A DNA stretch of 64,000 nt, from positions 159,650,001-159,714,000 of the forward strand of contig OZ024741.1 of NCBI GenBank assembly GCA_964016885.1, in the 5' to 3' direction. Both the position numbers and the translations under genes were made by a program. The stretch is from Eledone cirrhosa. Lineage: Eukaryota. Shown here piece after piece: positions 24,706 to 41,711 of the stretch; position 1 is the stretch's first letter; every line of letters begins with the position of its first letter. A model generated the notes under the pieces. That model was not told the origin of the DNA and did no database searches. It was given only the letters and a program-made list of their open reading frames with translations.

Positions 24706-24940
24706 GTGGAACAGAAAGGAGGGAGCACCCTCTCTTTGTGCTCCCGTGGAGAAGGGTCGCACACTTTTTTCGGGGGTGTGTGTGACCCCAAAACGATCCC
24801 TCCCTATTGAGGATCTTCTTGTTATTATTTTGTTTGTTATATTTTTCTTACTCGATTTTTATGTAAACTCCCCCCACCCATGTACATGTCCCTTTCTTTT
24901 GTGCCCTAGTGGCAAATAAACAGAAATTTGTCTGTCTGTC

Positions 24941-24979
<39 letters not shown>

Positions 24980-25355
24980 CTGTGTGTGTCTGTCTGACTG
25001 TCTGTTTGTCTCTCTGTCAGTCAGTCCGACTGTCCGTTTGTCAGCCTGTCTGTGTGTCTCTCTGTCTGTCTATCCGTCTGTCTGTCTGCCTGTCAGAAAG
25101 AAGTGAATCTTTAAATAAGCAATAAAATATATTTTATCAACAGCTACGAAATTTAGTAGATAAATTATGTAATATTCATTCATTATTTATTCAAAGTAAG
25201 CCAACTTATTTTACTATTTTATTAACTGGATTAAAAGAAATAAACCGTACGCATTTTATTATAGTTTAGATTATAGTTAAAATTGTGTTGTGGTAGCTTT
25301 GCATAAAGCCAAACAAACATTGAAATTCCACATTTACTACACAGATCGTAGATGA

Positions 25356-25481
<126 letters not shown>

Positions 25482-25871
25482 TCTCTCTCTCTTTATTTCT
25501 CTCACCCCCCCCCCCTCTCTGTATATATATATACATTTTTTTTTACCTGTGAAATAATATTTTTTGCTTGTTTCTTCTTCTAACTCTCGTTTTTCCTTCT
25601 ACTTCTTCGTCTATCTCTCATTCTATCTTCTAAGGACTAGTATCCAGAACGTTAATGCCTTTCCTACTATATCAAGCGTTAAACTAATACATATCATCAT
25701 TGAACTGCATTATTCTTTTATGTTGAATTTTCGCGCACACACATGTATATATAAAGATATATGTACATACATATATACATACATACATACAAACAAACAA
25801 ACAAACATACATACATACATACATACATACAAACAAACATACATACATACATACATACATACATACATACA

Positions 25872-25903
<32 letters not shown>

Positions 25904-26956
25904 AACAGACTGAGACAAATGGCGTAAAAATGTCTGTTGGAGAGAAATGTCAGTGAGCTTAAATTGCTGGAACAAAAGTGTGATAAAAAAATGGAAGACG
26001 CGAGAGAAAGTGAAGCAGACGAGGAACGGAAGTGAGAAAAATCTGGCAGTAATAATTATATATATAACTTAAGATACTCCACCCGCCTAGGGCAGGAGAT
26101 TATTCATATGTAAACTATTTTCCCTCTTCTCTCTGTCTATATTTGTCTATAGGTGTATTTTGGTTAGCATGGTCCGTGGTTACATCCCACAAAACCGATC
26201 TAATATGGATTAGATCGGTACCAATAAAAAACGAGCTTTGAAAACGTTGTTATTGAATCTGATTTTTAATTTGTAATGAACTACATTATCACTGAAACTA
26301 AGAATATTTCTCTTTACCAATAAATATTTTAAGAAACTGCTAGACTGGTTAGAATGGCATAGATTAAGTATAACAGGGACGGGGAAATGAAAGAGAAAAG
26401 AAAACATTTTTGTGTCTTCCAATTCAAACGTTGGACTTTATTTCAAAATAACTGAAATAGTGAAGATCAATAATTTATTTCGTTAACTGAAAATTTATTT
26501 TCAGTAGTAAATTGATGTTTATAAACAGTAAAAGTAATTTAATAAAAAAAGAAGAAAAACAATTTTAGATTGAAAAAAGAGAATAGAATGTAAAATAAGA
26601 AAATATTTAAAAATAACGGAAACGGAAGGCAAACGGCAAGGGCTCTAATGTCACAGAAGAATGGGGAGGGGAAGAGGGTGGGTCATTGTCTCTGGGCTTA
26701 GGGTAAGGCGGTAATGGGGCTGCGTCCCGCAGACAAGACCGCAAAAAGCATCCCCGCGGACAATGGCCAGCGACACCCGTTGCAACAGCCACCCCACCAC
26801 GCGGGGCTCCTCTCTCAGACGGTTCCCCAACGTTCCCAGCTTGCGGACGAGCTCGACAGTATGAAGACCAACCAAGTACACCTGAGGTCTCGACGACGAC
26901 CGGTGCGAAGAGGAAGAGGCTGGACAATCTCCGGCATCTGTTTATCTTCATTTATG

Positions 26957-27138
26957 ATAATTGTTTCTACTTTAGGCACAAGGCCAGCAATTACCCAGTG
27001 CAATACTGGTACTTTATTTTATCGACCCCGTAAGGATGAAAGGCAAAGTCAACCTCGGCGGGATTTGAACTCAGTAAAGGGACGTAACTATGTTGGAAAG
27101 CACGGCGTCCGACCCTCTACCGATACTGCCAATCCACC
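26957..27138 (-). mobile_element. tRNA-derived SINE
   Basis: Near-identical reverse complement of 27651-27837. Confidence 0.85.
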
Positions 27139-27460
27139 GCCATTTATGATAATGTAGGAACTACGTTATCACGAAATTTGCTATAGGATCTACATTAATA
27201 CATTGCCAGTAAATCAGATTTTAAATTGTAGAAACTTCATTATCACTAAATCTGAATTAATCTGTTAAGAACTACATTATCACTAAAACATATATGATAA
27301 TGTAGGAACTAATGTGATATACATTATCAGATATCGGATATAATTATTTAAAAACTACGTTGTCACTAATTCCAATATAATGACGTAGAATTACACACAC
27401 ACACACACACACCCACACACACACACATATATATATATATACATACAAGTGTACACACAT

Positions 27461-27504
<44 letters not shown>

Positions 27505-27650
27505 GTATATATATATATATATTTACATATATACATCTATGGTAATATATAAACTATATATAGAGTTAAATAAGAAACATTATGATAATATTGTATTTAA
27601 ACATATTGTGTTGCCCTTGTGGCAAATAATTAAGACATTATTAATAATAC

Positions 27651-27837
27651 GGTGGATTGGCAGTATCGGTAGAGGGTCGGACGCCTTGCTTTCCAGCATA
27701 GTTACGTCCCTTTACGATCTGAGTTCAAATCCCGCCGAGGTTGACTTTGCCTTTCATCCTTACGGGGTCTATAAAATAAAGTACCAGTAATGCACTGGGT
27801 AATTGCTGGCCTTGTGCCTAAAAGTAGAAACAATTAT
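27651..27837 (+). mobile_element. tRNA-derived SINE
   Basis: A box TGGCAGTATCGG, B box GAGTTCAAATCC, central GCCTTTCATCCTTACGGGGTC..TAAAATAAAGTACCAG (resembles the conserved domain of MetaSINE/Sauria-type SINEs, from memory), ATT tail; five copies in the window. Confidence 0.85.
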
Positions 27838-28239
27838 TAATAATACACTACTTTATTTTGTGTTAATGTCGAGTAAAACCTATCAAATCTGGTTAATGAT
27901 AATGTAGTTTGTACATAAACTTGGTAACTACTACCTCATTAAATCTGGTTTCGTGTTAATGTAGAATCTACGTTATTGAATGTGATTTAACATTAATGCA
28001 GGTCTTACTGAACCTCTTTTCTTTAATAGAGTCGGGGGGGGGGGGGGCGACAGGATTCTAACTATCGAAACGTCAATTGGTAGACTTACAATTTCCTATT
28101 GACTTGGTTATCCAAAATAAAACATACATCCACAAACCACTCAGGAAACTTCTCTTTTTCTCCCTTTCTCTCTATGCACACACACATAAGTACATACATA
28201 TCTATGTATGTACTTATGTGTGCTCACATACATACACAC

Positions 28240-28530
28240 ATGATGGCTGCATCCTCGTTATCGAGTATGGCCAGGTATGATGATTAGCATGTCCGACAGC
28301 AGCCTAGTAGTCAACCACTGGTCTCACTTTATGACTGTAAAGATGCCTTTTGAGTCCAGCTTTGCTAAGGCAAAGTCTTGCACAGACGCTGCATGTCAGC
28401 GCCATAGGAGGACCTTTGCAGTGTGGAAATGTAACAGCAATGCCTTTCCTGGCATCCCCTTTTACTTTCTCGTATGCGATTCGAGATGCTTCAAAAGCAA
28501 TTTTCCCCTCATGTACAATCTGTCTCCATT
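28240..28530 (-). pseudogene. 3' end relic of an RTE-like LINE
   Basis: Minus strand translates WRQIVHEGKIAFEASRIAYEKVKGDARK...CSVCARLCLSKAGLKRHLYSH, a C-terminal zinc finger of the kind seen in RTE-group ORFs. Confidence 0.65.
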
Positions 28531-28706
28531 ACATGCATACATACATACACACATACACACATACACACTTACACACATACACACATACATACATATATAT
28601 ATACATACATATATGTAATCATGCATACATAATGTAATCTTGCATACATACATACATATGTATATACATACATATAAACATACATACACACACATAAATA
28701 CGTACG

Positions 28707-28777
<71 letters not shown>

Positions 28778-28918
28778 AAAAAGAGATGAAATCGAAAATG
28801 CAACTGAAGTCTTATTTTTAAAAAAAAATATATATATTTATTTGGTTCCTTTATCGGTTTCGCAGTTCTTCTGCTTTTCAAAAGGTGAGTTGAGATGGAG
28901 GGTCTGTGGTTTTTCTCA

Positions 28919-28954
<36 letters not shown>

Positions 28955-28955
<1 letters not shown>

Positions 28956-29300
28956 ATGGCTGCATCTCGGTTTCAAGAATTGCCATTCCTTGACCTTTTT
29001 CTTATACATGGGTGACACGAACATGACTTAATAGACCTGCCAAGGACTTAGATTCCTTTCTGCATATGTTGCAGTGAAAGAAAAAGGCTTACTCACGCAA
29101 CACACGTGAAAATCATTTAGATCAAATGATGTCTGTTCTTGAAACTGTTTTAAGTGAAGAAAGGCCTGTAATGGGATCATTCCCCATATCTGAACAACGT
29201 TGACAGGTATTCTAAAAGAACAGGTCAACACCATCGGCTGTCATCGAGTTGCAGGTTTTACATCAGAGTTTTTCTTCTCATAGAATGGTGTCCGAACATA
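28955..29300 (-). pseudogene. 3' end relic of a second RTE-like LINE
   Basis: Minus strand gives FHCNICRKESKSLAGLLSHVRVTH; ends with the same GATGCAGCCAT motif as the 28240 relic. Confidence 0.55.
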
Positions 29301-30723
29301 CCTACATATATTCCTGCATACATACATACATACATACATACATACATACATACATACATACATACATACATACATACATACATACATACATTCATACATA
29401 CATACATAAATACATACATAAAAACACATACATACACACATACATACATTCATACATACATACCTATATACACACACACATACATTCATACATACATACC
29501 TACATACACACATACACAGATACATACCTACATACATACACACACACATACATACATACATTCATTCCTACATACATACATACACACATGCGCGCGTGCT
29601 TGTGTGTAAATATGTAAATAAGACCGTCAATTGCCCAAACATGAACGTAACACATCTAAAATTTTCCACAAACACGATTAAATACAATAATAGCCTAATG
29701 CAATGAAGGACAATCATGCTAGAGGATTGAGAACGGGATCTCAAACCACAAGGTATCAAGGTGTGACATACACATATCTAGAACAAACCCGAAGCCGTCC
29801 GCGAAATAAGACCGTCGATTACCCTAACACACAGAAAATAGAAGCCAACTATAAACTAAATATTTATGCGTAATGTGTCATCCAACCAAGTGTTAACAGG
29901 CAAGGAATGAAACGCGTGAGAAGCTGCTGAGGTGGCAAAACGCAAGGGCAAAACTGGAAGGAACAGAATAAATCCCACTAGCAAAGGCAGGCGTGATATT
30001 GTGACCAAATAAATTTGTCATATTTCTGCTTGGCTGGAGCAATATGACAGCTGCTCCTTTAAAACAATATTCTCATTTTTCATGATTATAAGGCTTGGCA
30101 TGTTATAATATTCTCAAAGAAAACAAAAAAAAAAACAAAAAAAAAAACAATTGATAGTCCTTAACATTGGTATTTTCAATGATCATAAGTATTTTGATAA
30201 ATTTGTGCCCCAAACAATCTTTTTGGATTTGTGAAATGTAAATGCTGAGGAAATTGTGCTTTAAATCTATTTTCGGTTAGTTGAATATAATTTTTATAGC
30301 AAATTATCAGCTGTAAATAGGTTTGCACGATAAACTATCGATTTTTAAAGGCAAGAATTATTTAATGAACAATTCATTGGGTTAAGGCTGTTACAAGAGT
30401 GGGAAATATTAAATGTAAATGGTTATTTAAGACTTTTACGATTGATATTTCCTTCATCTTTTGTAAAATCAGACTTATAACGGAAGCTAAATTTAACAAT
30501 ATTTCTATTTAAAAATTTTAAATATTTTTAATAATTTGGAAAGTGTTGATAAATTAAGTAAAAGAAATGCTTAGCGACACGTGTACTTTGAAACTGAATG
30601 AGATACTGAACCAAATCATTTCACATTTTCTATTTTATATGTCTGATAATTGATATTATTTATATAACTAAGTTTTAAAGTGATAGATACACTGTGTGTG
30701 TGTAAGAGAGAGGGGAGAGAGAG

Positions 30724-30813
<90 letters not shown>

Positions 30814-30965
30814 AGAAGAGAAATAGAAACAGAGCATAGGGAGACGTTAAAAAAATGTCATTGAATCGAAAAAGGGGAGACAATTTGCTTGTGGCGACAT
30901 TCAACTGATTTCAAAGGACAGACGAAATAGTGTGAGCAGACGACAGTGACGTGTGAAAAGATAGG

Positions 30966-31017
<52 letters not shown>

Positions 31018-31559
31018 TGTATGTATGTGTACTGTGAAAGAGTGAGGAAGAGAATACAGAGAGAGGGATTTACGTTTGAAAAGAGATAAATGATAAGAGA
31101 AATTCTGCGTGTGTATGTATGTGAATGTATGTGTGTGCACATGTGTTGAATATGTAAATGGATGCGTGAATAAGAAAATGTGTGGAAGTATGAGATAAAA
31201 ATGAAGGGTGTGATTATGTTATTGTGGTATGATTGTGTGAATGTGTTTGTCAAGGTCTGTGTGGATATATGCATACATACATGGACATATCAATCTACCT
31301 CTCTCCCTTTCTCTGTATATGTACACATACACGCACACAACGATACTAACGCGCACGCACACACACATATACACACCAACACAAACACACACACACATAT
31401 ACACACCAACACAAACACACACATACATATGTGTGTGTGTGTGTGTGTGTGCACACGCATGTATATGGTGGTAGTATGACTGTGGCTGAGTTTGTTTGAA
31501 AGAGTTAATAGCTAGCTACGCAGAGAGTTTAATAACTAGGTAGACGACTAGCGAAAAAG

Positions 31560-35100
<3,541 letters not shown>

Positions 35101-37029
35101 GCATATATATACTTTTCTGTCACTATATTTGATTTAAAGTTTTTGAACGAAACTGCCGAAGAGTATGTAATATTTGATTGATTAATCATTAACATAGATA
35201 CCATAGATAATGCCGAACAATTCATTAACAATCAAGACAACTGAGCGTATCCAATCTTTTAGCATACTTTTATGGTCGTGAGATCGTATCTCAGGACAAC
35301 CCGTTACGTAATGTGGCCTTTGGGCCAAAGCACTGAAACGAAATTCTCACCAATTTTTGTTTATATTCTTCACTTTTTTACTAGCACTTAGTCGAACTCT
35401 TTAAGCAGTTTTGTATCTAAACTTTGGCGTAACTTAGAAATATCTGTATGGAATCACGGAACGATATATTCTCACATGATAGTTGGAAAGAGGGAAAATA
35501 CGTGAAACTGGTGGCAGTGTGTGGGGATCAGGAAACTTCTCTGCGACACAGTCTTACTAGAAATAGCAGCCACGTCTACCTGAAACAAGGACCTTAAACA
35601 TTGTCTTAAACAGGGGAAGAAACACATCAGGCAATGTAGTCCTGAATATGTAAAAATGTCCTCATGGCTGAAACGCATTTGAGCATAGGTCTGCTTGAAC
35701 AAGATTAACCTAGAGTTAAAAGAAAATAGCAGCTGTAGCAACAACAACAGCAGCAACAACAACATCTACTGCAACAAATAATGCATTTGTACGCAATAAA
35801 CATAGACTACTCAATGTAACAGACCAAATCTCCTTCAATAAACGCATTTGTCTAGTGTCTATCACGTATTAACTCTTTCGTTACCATATTTCTAATGAAA
35901 AATATTCCCTGTATGTTTCAAATTATTTTGAAAATAATCAAGCATTTGGAGAGATTTACACACTGTAAATATAACCAACTTTCTCATTATTCAGCTAGAG
36001 TTTTTAATATAACTTATCCGTTTTGTTACCATATTCCTATATATTTAAAATAATTCTGAAAATAATCAATAATTTGGAGGGATTTAGTAATACAACTAAC
36101 TTTCTATTAATCTGGCGTTTGAAGCATAGCTTAAAGTTTCTTACATAGAAAAAAGGTTAATATGTTTCAAAAGACTTTCTAATTCCTGTCGACAGAGGTT
36201 GACTTATTTTTTCATTCTTCTGGGGTCGATAGAACCATTATCAGTTTAGTAATAAATAATATTTTATGAGTGAGCCAGAGGAAATATGCAGGCCCATGAC
36301 GTTTTCTCATCCCTGAGACTAATTACAAGAAGTGATAAAGTTATTCTCAGACATGAAACCTGACCAAAATACTTGTAACAGAGTGGACTCGACTATCATC
36401 AGATCAGAAATCTGAACAGAATACTTTCAACCGAATGGTCTCGACTACCCTCAGACCAAAAACCTGACCAAAATACTTACTACAGAATGAGCAAGGTTCA
36501 AAGTCCCCAAGGATTATCTGGTGGCGTTATACCGAGTGAAGGAATGAGTGAAGTACCCAAGGATACGAATGGCTCTCTACGACGTGTTTCTACATAGTTT
36601 ACATACATTTAATTAACAAATCTTTGTTCAACCCGACGTTATATTAGAAGACATCTGCCGAAGGTGCTGCGTGGTAGAGTTGAACGTCATGGCCGTAAAG
36701 CCAAATTCTTAATTACACTACCATTTCTGAAAATATAACGTTTAATCAAATGGTTTATACTCTGTAATTAGGGCCCGGGTTCTGTCCAACTACGTGGTAG
36801 CTTGAGCAACTCTCATTTACCACAGCCTCGCGACTATCCATACATTGAGAGTAAAATTGAGTAGACGGAGTCAGTTGGAAGCCCGTCGGGTTGAGTGTAT
36901 CTGTAATTCAAAGGGACAGCAATATTACATGCTGTGTCACACAGAATCTCAGAACACAAACACTCAGAACAAATACCCGACGCTCTAACGGATCTTTCAA
37001 ATTGACCGCCCTATATATACAGTAGGATA

Positions 37030-38295
37030 TAGAGAGAGGAAGAGAATTTGTTGGTTTAGTGAGAAGGTATTGTGAGGGTGAGAGAGAGAGAGAGTGAGGT
37101 ATGTAGTGGAATATAGAGAGGGGGAGATAATTTGTTGGTTTAGTGAGAAGGTATTGTGAGGGTGAGAGAGAGAGAGAGTGAGGTATGTAGTGGAATATAG
37201 AGAGGGGGAGATAATTTGTTGGTCTAGTGAGAGGGGGGATTGTGAGAGAGTGAGGTATGCAGTGGCATATAAAGAGCGGGAGAGAATTTATTGGTGTAGT
37301 GAGGGGGGGGGGGGTTGTGAGAGAGTGAGGTATGCAGTGGGATATAGAGAGCGGGAGAGAATTTATTGGTGTAGTGAGAGGGGGAGGATTGTGAGAGAGT
37401 GAGGTATGCAGTGGGATATAGAGAGCGGGAGAGAATTTATTCGTCTAGTGAGGGAGGGGAAATTAAAAGAGTGAAAGAGAGTGAGGTATGTAGAGAGTTA
37501 TAGAAAGGGGTGAGAGTTCATTAGCCCAGTGAGAGAAGGCGGAGTTAAGAGAGTGAAAGAGCGAGGCATGTAGTGGAATATAAAGAGGGGGAGAGAATTT
37601 GGTGGTCTACTAAGAGAGGGGGAATTGTGAGAGAGTGTGTTGTATGTAGTGAGATATTAGGAGTGGGAGAGGATTTGTTGGTTTAGTGAAAGAATGGGGA
37701 ATTAAGAGAGTGAAAGAGTATGAGTTATGTAGATGGAATATAGAGAGCGGGAGATAATTTGGTGGTCTAGTGAGAGATGGACTATTATGAGAGGGAGAGA
37801 GAGTGAAGTATATAGTGATATAGTGGGATATAAAGAGGGGGAGAGAATATTGTGGTCTAATGAGAGAGGGGCAATTGTGGACGAAAGTGAGGTATGTAGT
37901 GGGATATAGAGAGTGGAAGAGTATTTGTTGGTTTAGTGAGAGAGGGGTAATTGAGAGAGTGAAAGCGAATGAGATATGTAGTGGAATAGAGAGAAGGGAG
38001 AGAGAATCTGGTGATCTAGTGAGTGAGGGAAAATTGTGAGAGAGTGAGGTATGCAGTGGGATATAAAGATGGAAAGAGAATTTGGTGGCCTAGTGAGAGA
38101 GAGTGAGATATGTAGTAGGATAAAGAGAGAGGGAGAGAGTTTTTTAGTTTAATGAGAGAGGGGAAATTAAGAGAGTGAGAGAGAGCGTGGTATGTAGTAG
38201 GATATATAGAGAGAGGGAGGCTGATTGGTGAGAGTGAGAGAGTGTGAGGTATATAGTGGTATATAAAGATGGGAGGGTGGGAGAACTTTGTGGTC
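37030..38295. repeat. Purine-rich minisatellite with ~60-70 bp diverged units
   Basis: Recurrent GAGTGAGGTATGYAGTGGRATATARAGAG..GAGAATTT..GGTYTAGTGAGAG. Confidence 0.88.
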
Positions 38296-38600
<305 letters not shown>

Positions 38601-38666
38601 GAAGAGAGAAGAAACATTTAGATATAATTAGTAATACAATGTATCATACCTAAACTGTTCCTAAAT

Positions 38667-38754
38667 TCCTCGACTACGTAGTTTCGTGGCATAAACAAAA
38701 ACAATATATCAAAGATATAGAGTCCTTGCAAGGTCTGCCGACTTATCAAGAGGA
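38667..38754 (-). ncRNA. Type I hammerhead ribozyme, U3:A8 core variant with branched stem II
   Basis: Minus strand reads TCCTC-TTGATAA-GTcGGCA..(hairpins CCTTGCAAGG and TATATCtttGATATA)..TGCCAC-GAA-ACTACGTAGT-C-GAGGA; palindromic stem III, GUC site. Confidence 0.75.
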
Positions 38755-38908
38755 TACCTCATTTTACTAGTCTCAAGAACGCGTCTACACGACGTGAGAA
38801 AGAATCCCAAAAGGCGGAGGGGGAGATAGTCACGCGATATATAACTCACAGTTGGGTGCGGATGCATTCATGTATATATGTGTGTGTCCGCATGTATCTG
38901 TGTGTTTC

Positions 38909-38975
<67 letters not shown>

Positions 38976-39133
38976 ATACTTTGGGAGGGTCATGTTGCCA
39001 ATAAGAAACACACGCACCAGTTGCTTTCACTTCAATTTATTATATATTTATAAATTTATAAATTTACAAATTTACAAACTTATAAATTTCTGGTTGGTTG
39101 GTTGGTTCCACAACCAGATAGTTGTTTATATAT

Positions 39134-39178
39134 AGTCATAGTCCTTTCGTCACACACTCTGTGACCTCTTCAGTGACT
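39134..39178 (-). ncRNA. Minimal type I hammerhead ribozyme in the PLE terminal repeat
   Basis: Minus strand reads AGTCA-CTGAAGA-g-GTCACA-gagtg-TGTGAC-GAA-AGGACT-A-TGACT. Confidence 0.8.
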
Positions 39179-39475
39179 GGGGATTCCTTTCTTTGTTTCT
39201 GTGCCTTTCCTTTCTTCTATCCTACGCCATTTTGTTTCTGTGTGTGTGTTGTGTGCTCAGTTTGCGCATGCGCCACATCCGGGTGTCTGTGTGTGTTTGT
39301 GTTCATTTATCTATTTGTTTATTTATTTATTTATTGTTGGTTGGTTGTTTGTTCTATGTGTGTGTGTGTTTTCATTTTGTCCTGTGTGTGTTTTCATTTT
39401 GTCCTTAATTGTAAGTTGTTTGTTCTATGTGTGTGTGTGTTTTCATTTTGTCCTATGTGTGTTTTCATTTTGTCC

Positions 39476-40687
39476 TTAATTGTAAGTTGTGATGTTGCTG
39501 TTCCACTCATATTTTCTATTTAATTTTGGTTGTAATTCTTTTATGCTTACTGCCTCTGTAATTTGCCTAAACATTGCATCTTTTCTGTGTGTGGATTCTA
39601 TTTTTATTTCTATGTTCTCTAATCTACCCCTGTGTTCTATCTTAGCATGTTGGTAGAGCACAGATGATTCTTTATTATCTTGGAGGTCTCGCCAGTGTTC
39701 ATTTATTCGTTCCTCTATACTACGAGCTGTCTCACCTATGTACACTATATTTTTGTTTCTACATTGTCCTTCAGTACATCTTATGCTATACACTACATTT
39801 CTAGTTTTACAGTTAATATGGGGGCTTATTTTACAGGTTATACATTTCTTATCTATACATGAGGGTCTTTGGAACGGGTATGTCTTGCTAATAAGTGTTT
39901 TTACGGAGGTACCTGGTCTTTCTACTATCTTAATATTGAGTTTATGTTTATTTAGGGCCCTTCTAAATTTGTAGGCTAGTTCGCCTCTAGGGGTTGTATT
40001 GATGAACATTACACTCTGGTATTTATTGCTATCATACCATGAGTTTATTCTATTGGCCTTGTTCCTAGTTCTTTCTATTCTATTCCAAAATTTGCTCCTA
40101 TACAAGGGGCAGGTCCCATTTATGTCATTATTTACCATTTTTTCCCATTTGGTTCTGGCTCCTTTATACACTCTGATTCTATCTCTCTGATTGTAGCCAG
40201 AGAACTGCATACGGTGGATGAAGTGTTGTATGTGTCTCTCTAGTTCTTCGGGGTTGCACATGCGGGACACATTTCTCATCACCCGTACCAAATCCGCAAT
40301 CAGTATGTTGATTTTGGTATGGTCCGAAATGGCCGAGTTTCGGTGGATCAGATGTTTGGAAGTCATGGGTTTGGCATAATGGGAATGGAGGATTTGTTTT
40401 TGGTTGTTAATGGTATCTAACCAGAGCTCTGTGTCTAGTACAGGTAATCGATGGTTGGGGTGTCTACTTGGGTAGTCTATAGTAACTCTAATGCTCTGGT
40501 GGATGGAGTTTGCTATTTGCTGGATGCTTTCCATTGTATTTTTCTCTAGTTCCTGGCTGTTCTTTAGTGGGGGTGTCTTAACTACGATGTTTATATCATC
40601 TACGTAGCGGGAGTACATTATCAGGGTTAAGCTGTCTTCTAATTGTTCTTTAAGTTTTTGTTTAAGTCTACTGTCCCACCATACCAT
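39476..40687 (-). CDS. PLE reverse transcriptase C-terminal half plus GIY-YIG endonuclease (N-terminally truncated, frame still open)
   Basis: YSRYVDD, LPVLD, linker CIDKKCITC..C, NVVYSIRC...YIGETARSIEERINEH, R..TEA..I....P.LN. Confidence 0.9.
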   Translation of the reverse strand: MVWWDSRLKQKLKEQLEDSLTLIMYSRYVDDINIVVKTPPLKNSQELEKNTMESIQQIANSIHQSIRVTIDYPSRHPNHRLPVLDTELWLDTINNQKQILHSHYAKPMTSKHLIHRNSAISDHTKINILIADLVRVMRNVSRMCNPEELERHIQHFIHRMQFSGYNQRDRIRVYKGARTKWEKMVNNDINGTCPLYRSKFWNRIERTRNKANRINSWYDSNKYQSVMFINTTPRGELAYKFRRALNKHKLNIKIVERPGTSVKTLISKTYPFQRPSCIDKKCITCKISPHINCKTRNVVYSIRCTEGQCRNKNIVYIGETARSIEERINEHWRDLQDNKESSVLYQHAKIEHRGRLENIEIKIESTHRKDAMFRQITEAVSIKELQPKLNRKYEWNSNITTYN

Positions 40688-40735
40688 GAATAAGTTAGCT
40701 ATGTCGCCTGCAATGCTAACACAAATTCAGAAACG

Positions 40736-40799
<64 letters not shown>

Positions 40800-41116
40800 A
40801 AGTGAAACTACAGGAGGCCAAATATGTTGAATTTCCTTAATTTTTTTATTACTGCACACACTATGCACATTTCAGTGACCAGGTTGCGTAAGAACCCGGT
40901 AACATCTTAAGGAAACAAGCACAGAAAAAAGAGAGGAAAAATGTGTCTATGTTTTTGAATCAGAGAGGAGCGAAGAACCACAATGGTACAAGCATTTGTA
41001 ACACTGAATATCTGAGTCTGCTATAAACAATGGCATATAACTACCTACTGTTGCAAAATCCTTCTCACATAACCAATAAATGGCTTCTTATTTGTCCGAG
41101 AAAAAAATAGTCGATT

Positions 41117-41172
<56 letters not shown>

Positions 41173-41406
41173 ATGGTGGTGTGCAATAGTCATAGTATAA
41201 TTTGGAAGATATTAGTCATTTGCCGCCAAAATATCCGACTAATAATTGAAGAATGATGCCATAGACACTATCGCCTGCTTACTATCAAATGATGCTTAGT
41301 TCACAGGTCTGACCTCTAATGAGATCAGCTATGTGGGTGTACACACATACACGCACGCACGCACACACACACACACATAATTGTATGTATGCATGCATAT
41401 CTATGT

Positions 41407-41461
<55 letters not shown>

Positions 41462-41482
41462 CATAAGTAACTTCTTATTATA

Positions 41483-41515
<33 letters not shown>

Positions 41516-41646
41516 GCAAAAGTTCTATTTAAAATTGTTGGGATACAACAAGTAAATATTTTATAACTGATATAAAGCACTCGACAAGTTTTTGGAGTAG
41601 ATATACGATATTAAATAAATGGAAACTATATTTATAAAACCATATT

Positions 41647-41711
41647 TATTTCATTATACATATTTCAGGGATACCAAATTAAAATATGCTATGCCTTCAT
41701 CAGACAAAATA
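41647..41711 (-). ncRNA. Minimal type I hammerhead ribozyme (diverged copy of the 50153 family)
   Basis: Minus strand reads TATTTTGT-CTGATGA-AGGcATAgC..GgTATcCCT-GAA-ATATGTAT-A-ATGAAATA. Confidence 0.68.

Larger units (their letters stand above)
19309..24929 (+). mobile_element. Full-length L1-group (Tx1-clade) non-LTR retrotransposon inserted in a (TCTG)n tract
   Basis: Short 5' UTR, two uninterrupted ORFs 23 bp apart, 3' UTR ending AATAAACAGAAATTT, and TCTG repeats on both flanks. Confidence 0.9.
38970..40725 (-). mobile_element. 5'-truncated Penelope-like element in (TA)n
   Basis: RT-GIY-YIG ORF followed by a 3' region containing a minimal hammerhead; bounded by TA tracts. Confidence 0.88.

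Noticed and set aside
20343-24762. Antisense and alternative-frame ORFs inside the Tx1 element
   Set aside because: Shadow frames of ORF1 and ORF2 with no independent motifs.
27651-27735. tRNA gene
   Set aside because: A and B boxes are present but there is no cloverleaf; it is the head of a multicopy SINE.
40862-40911. Minus-strand hammerhead-like relic CTTAAGA..stem II..GAA-ATGTGCAT-A
   Set aside because: G5 is mutated and stem I does not pair; probably decayed, so not counted.
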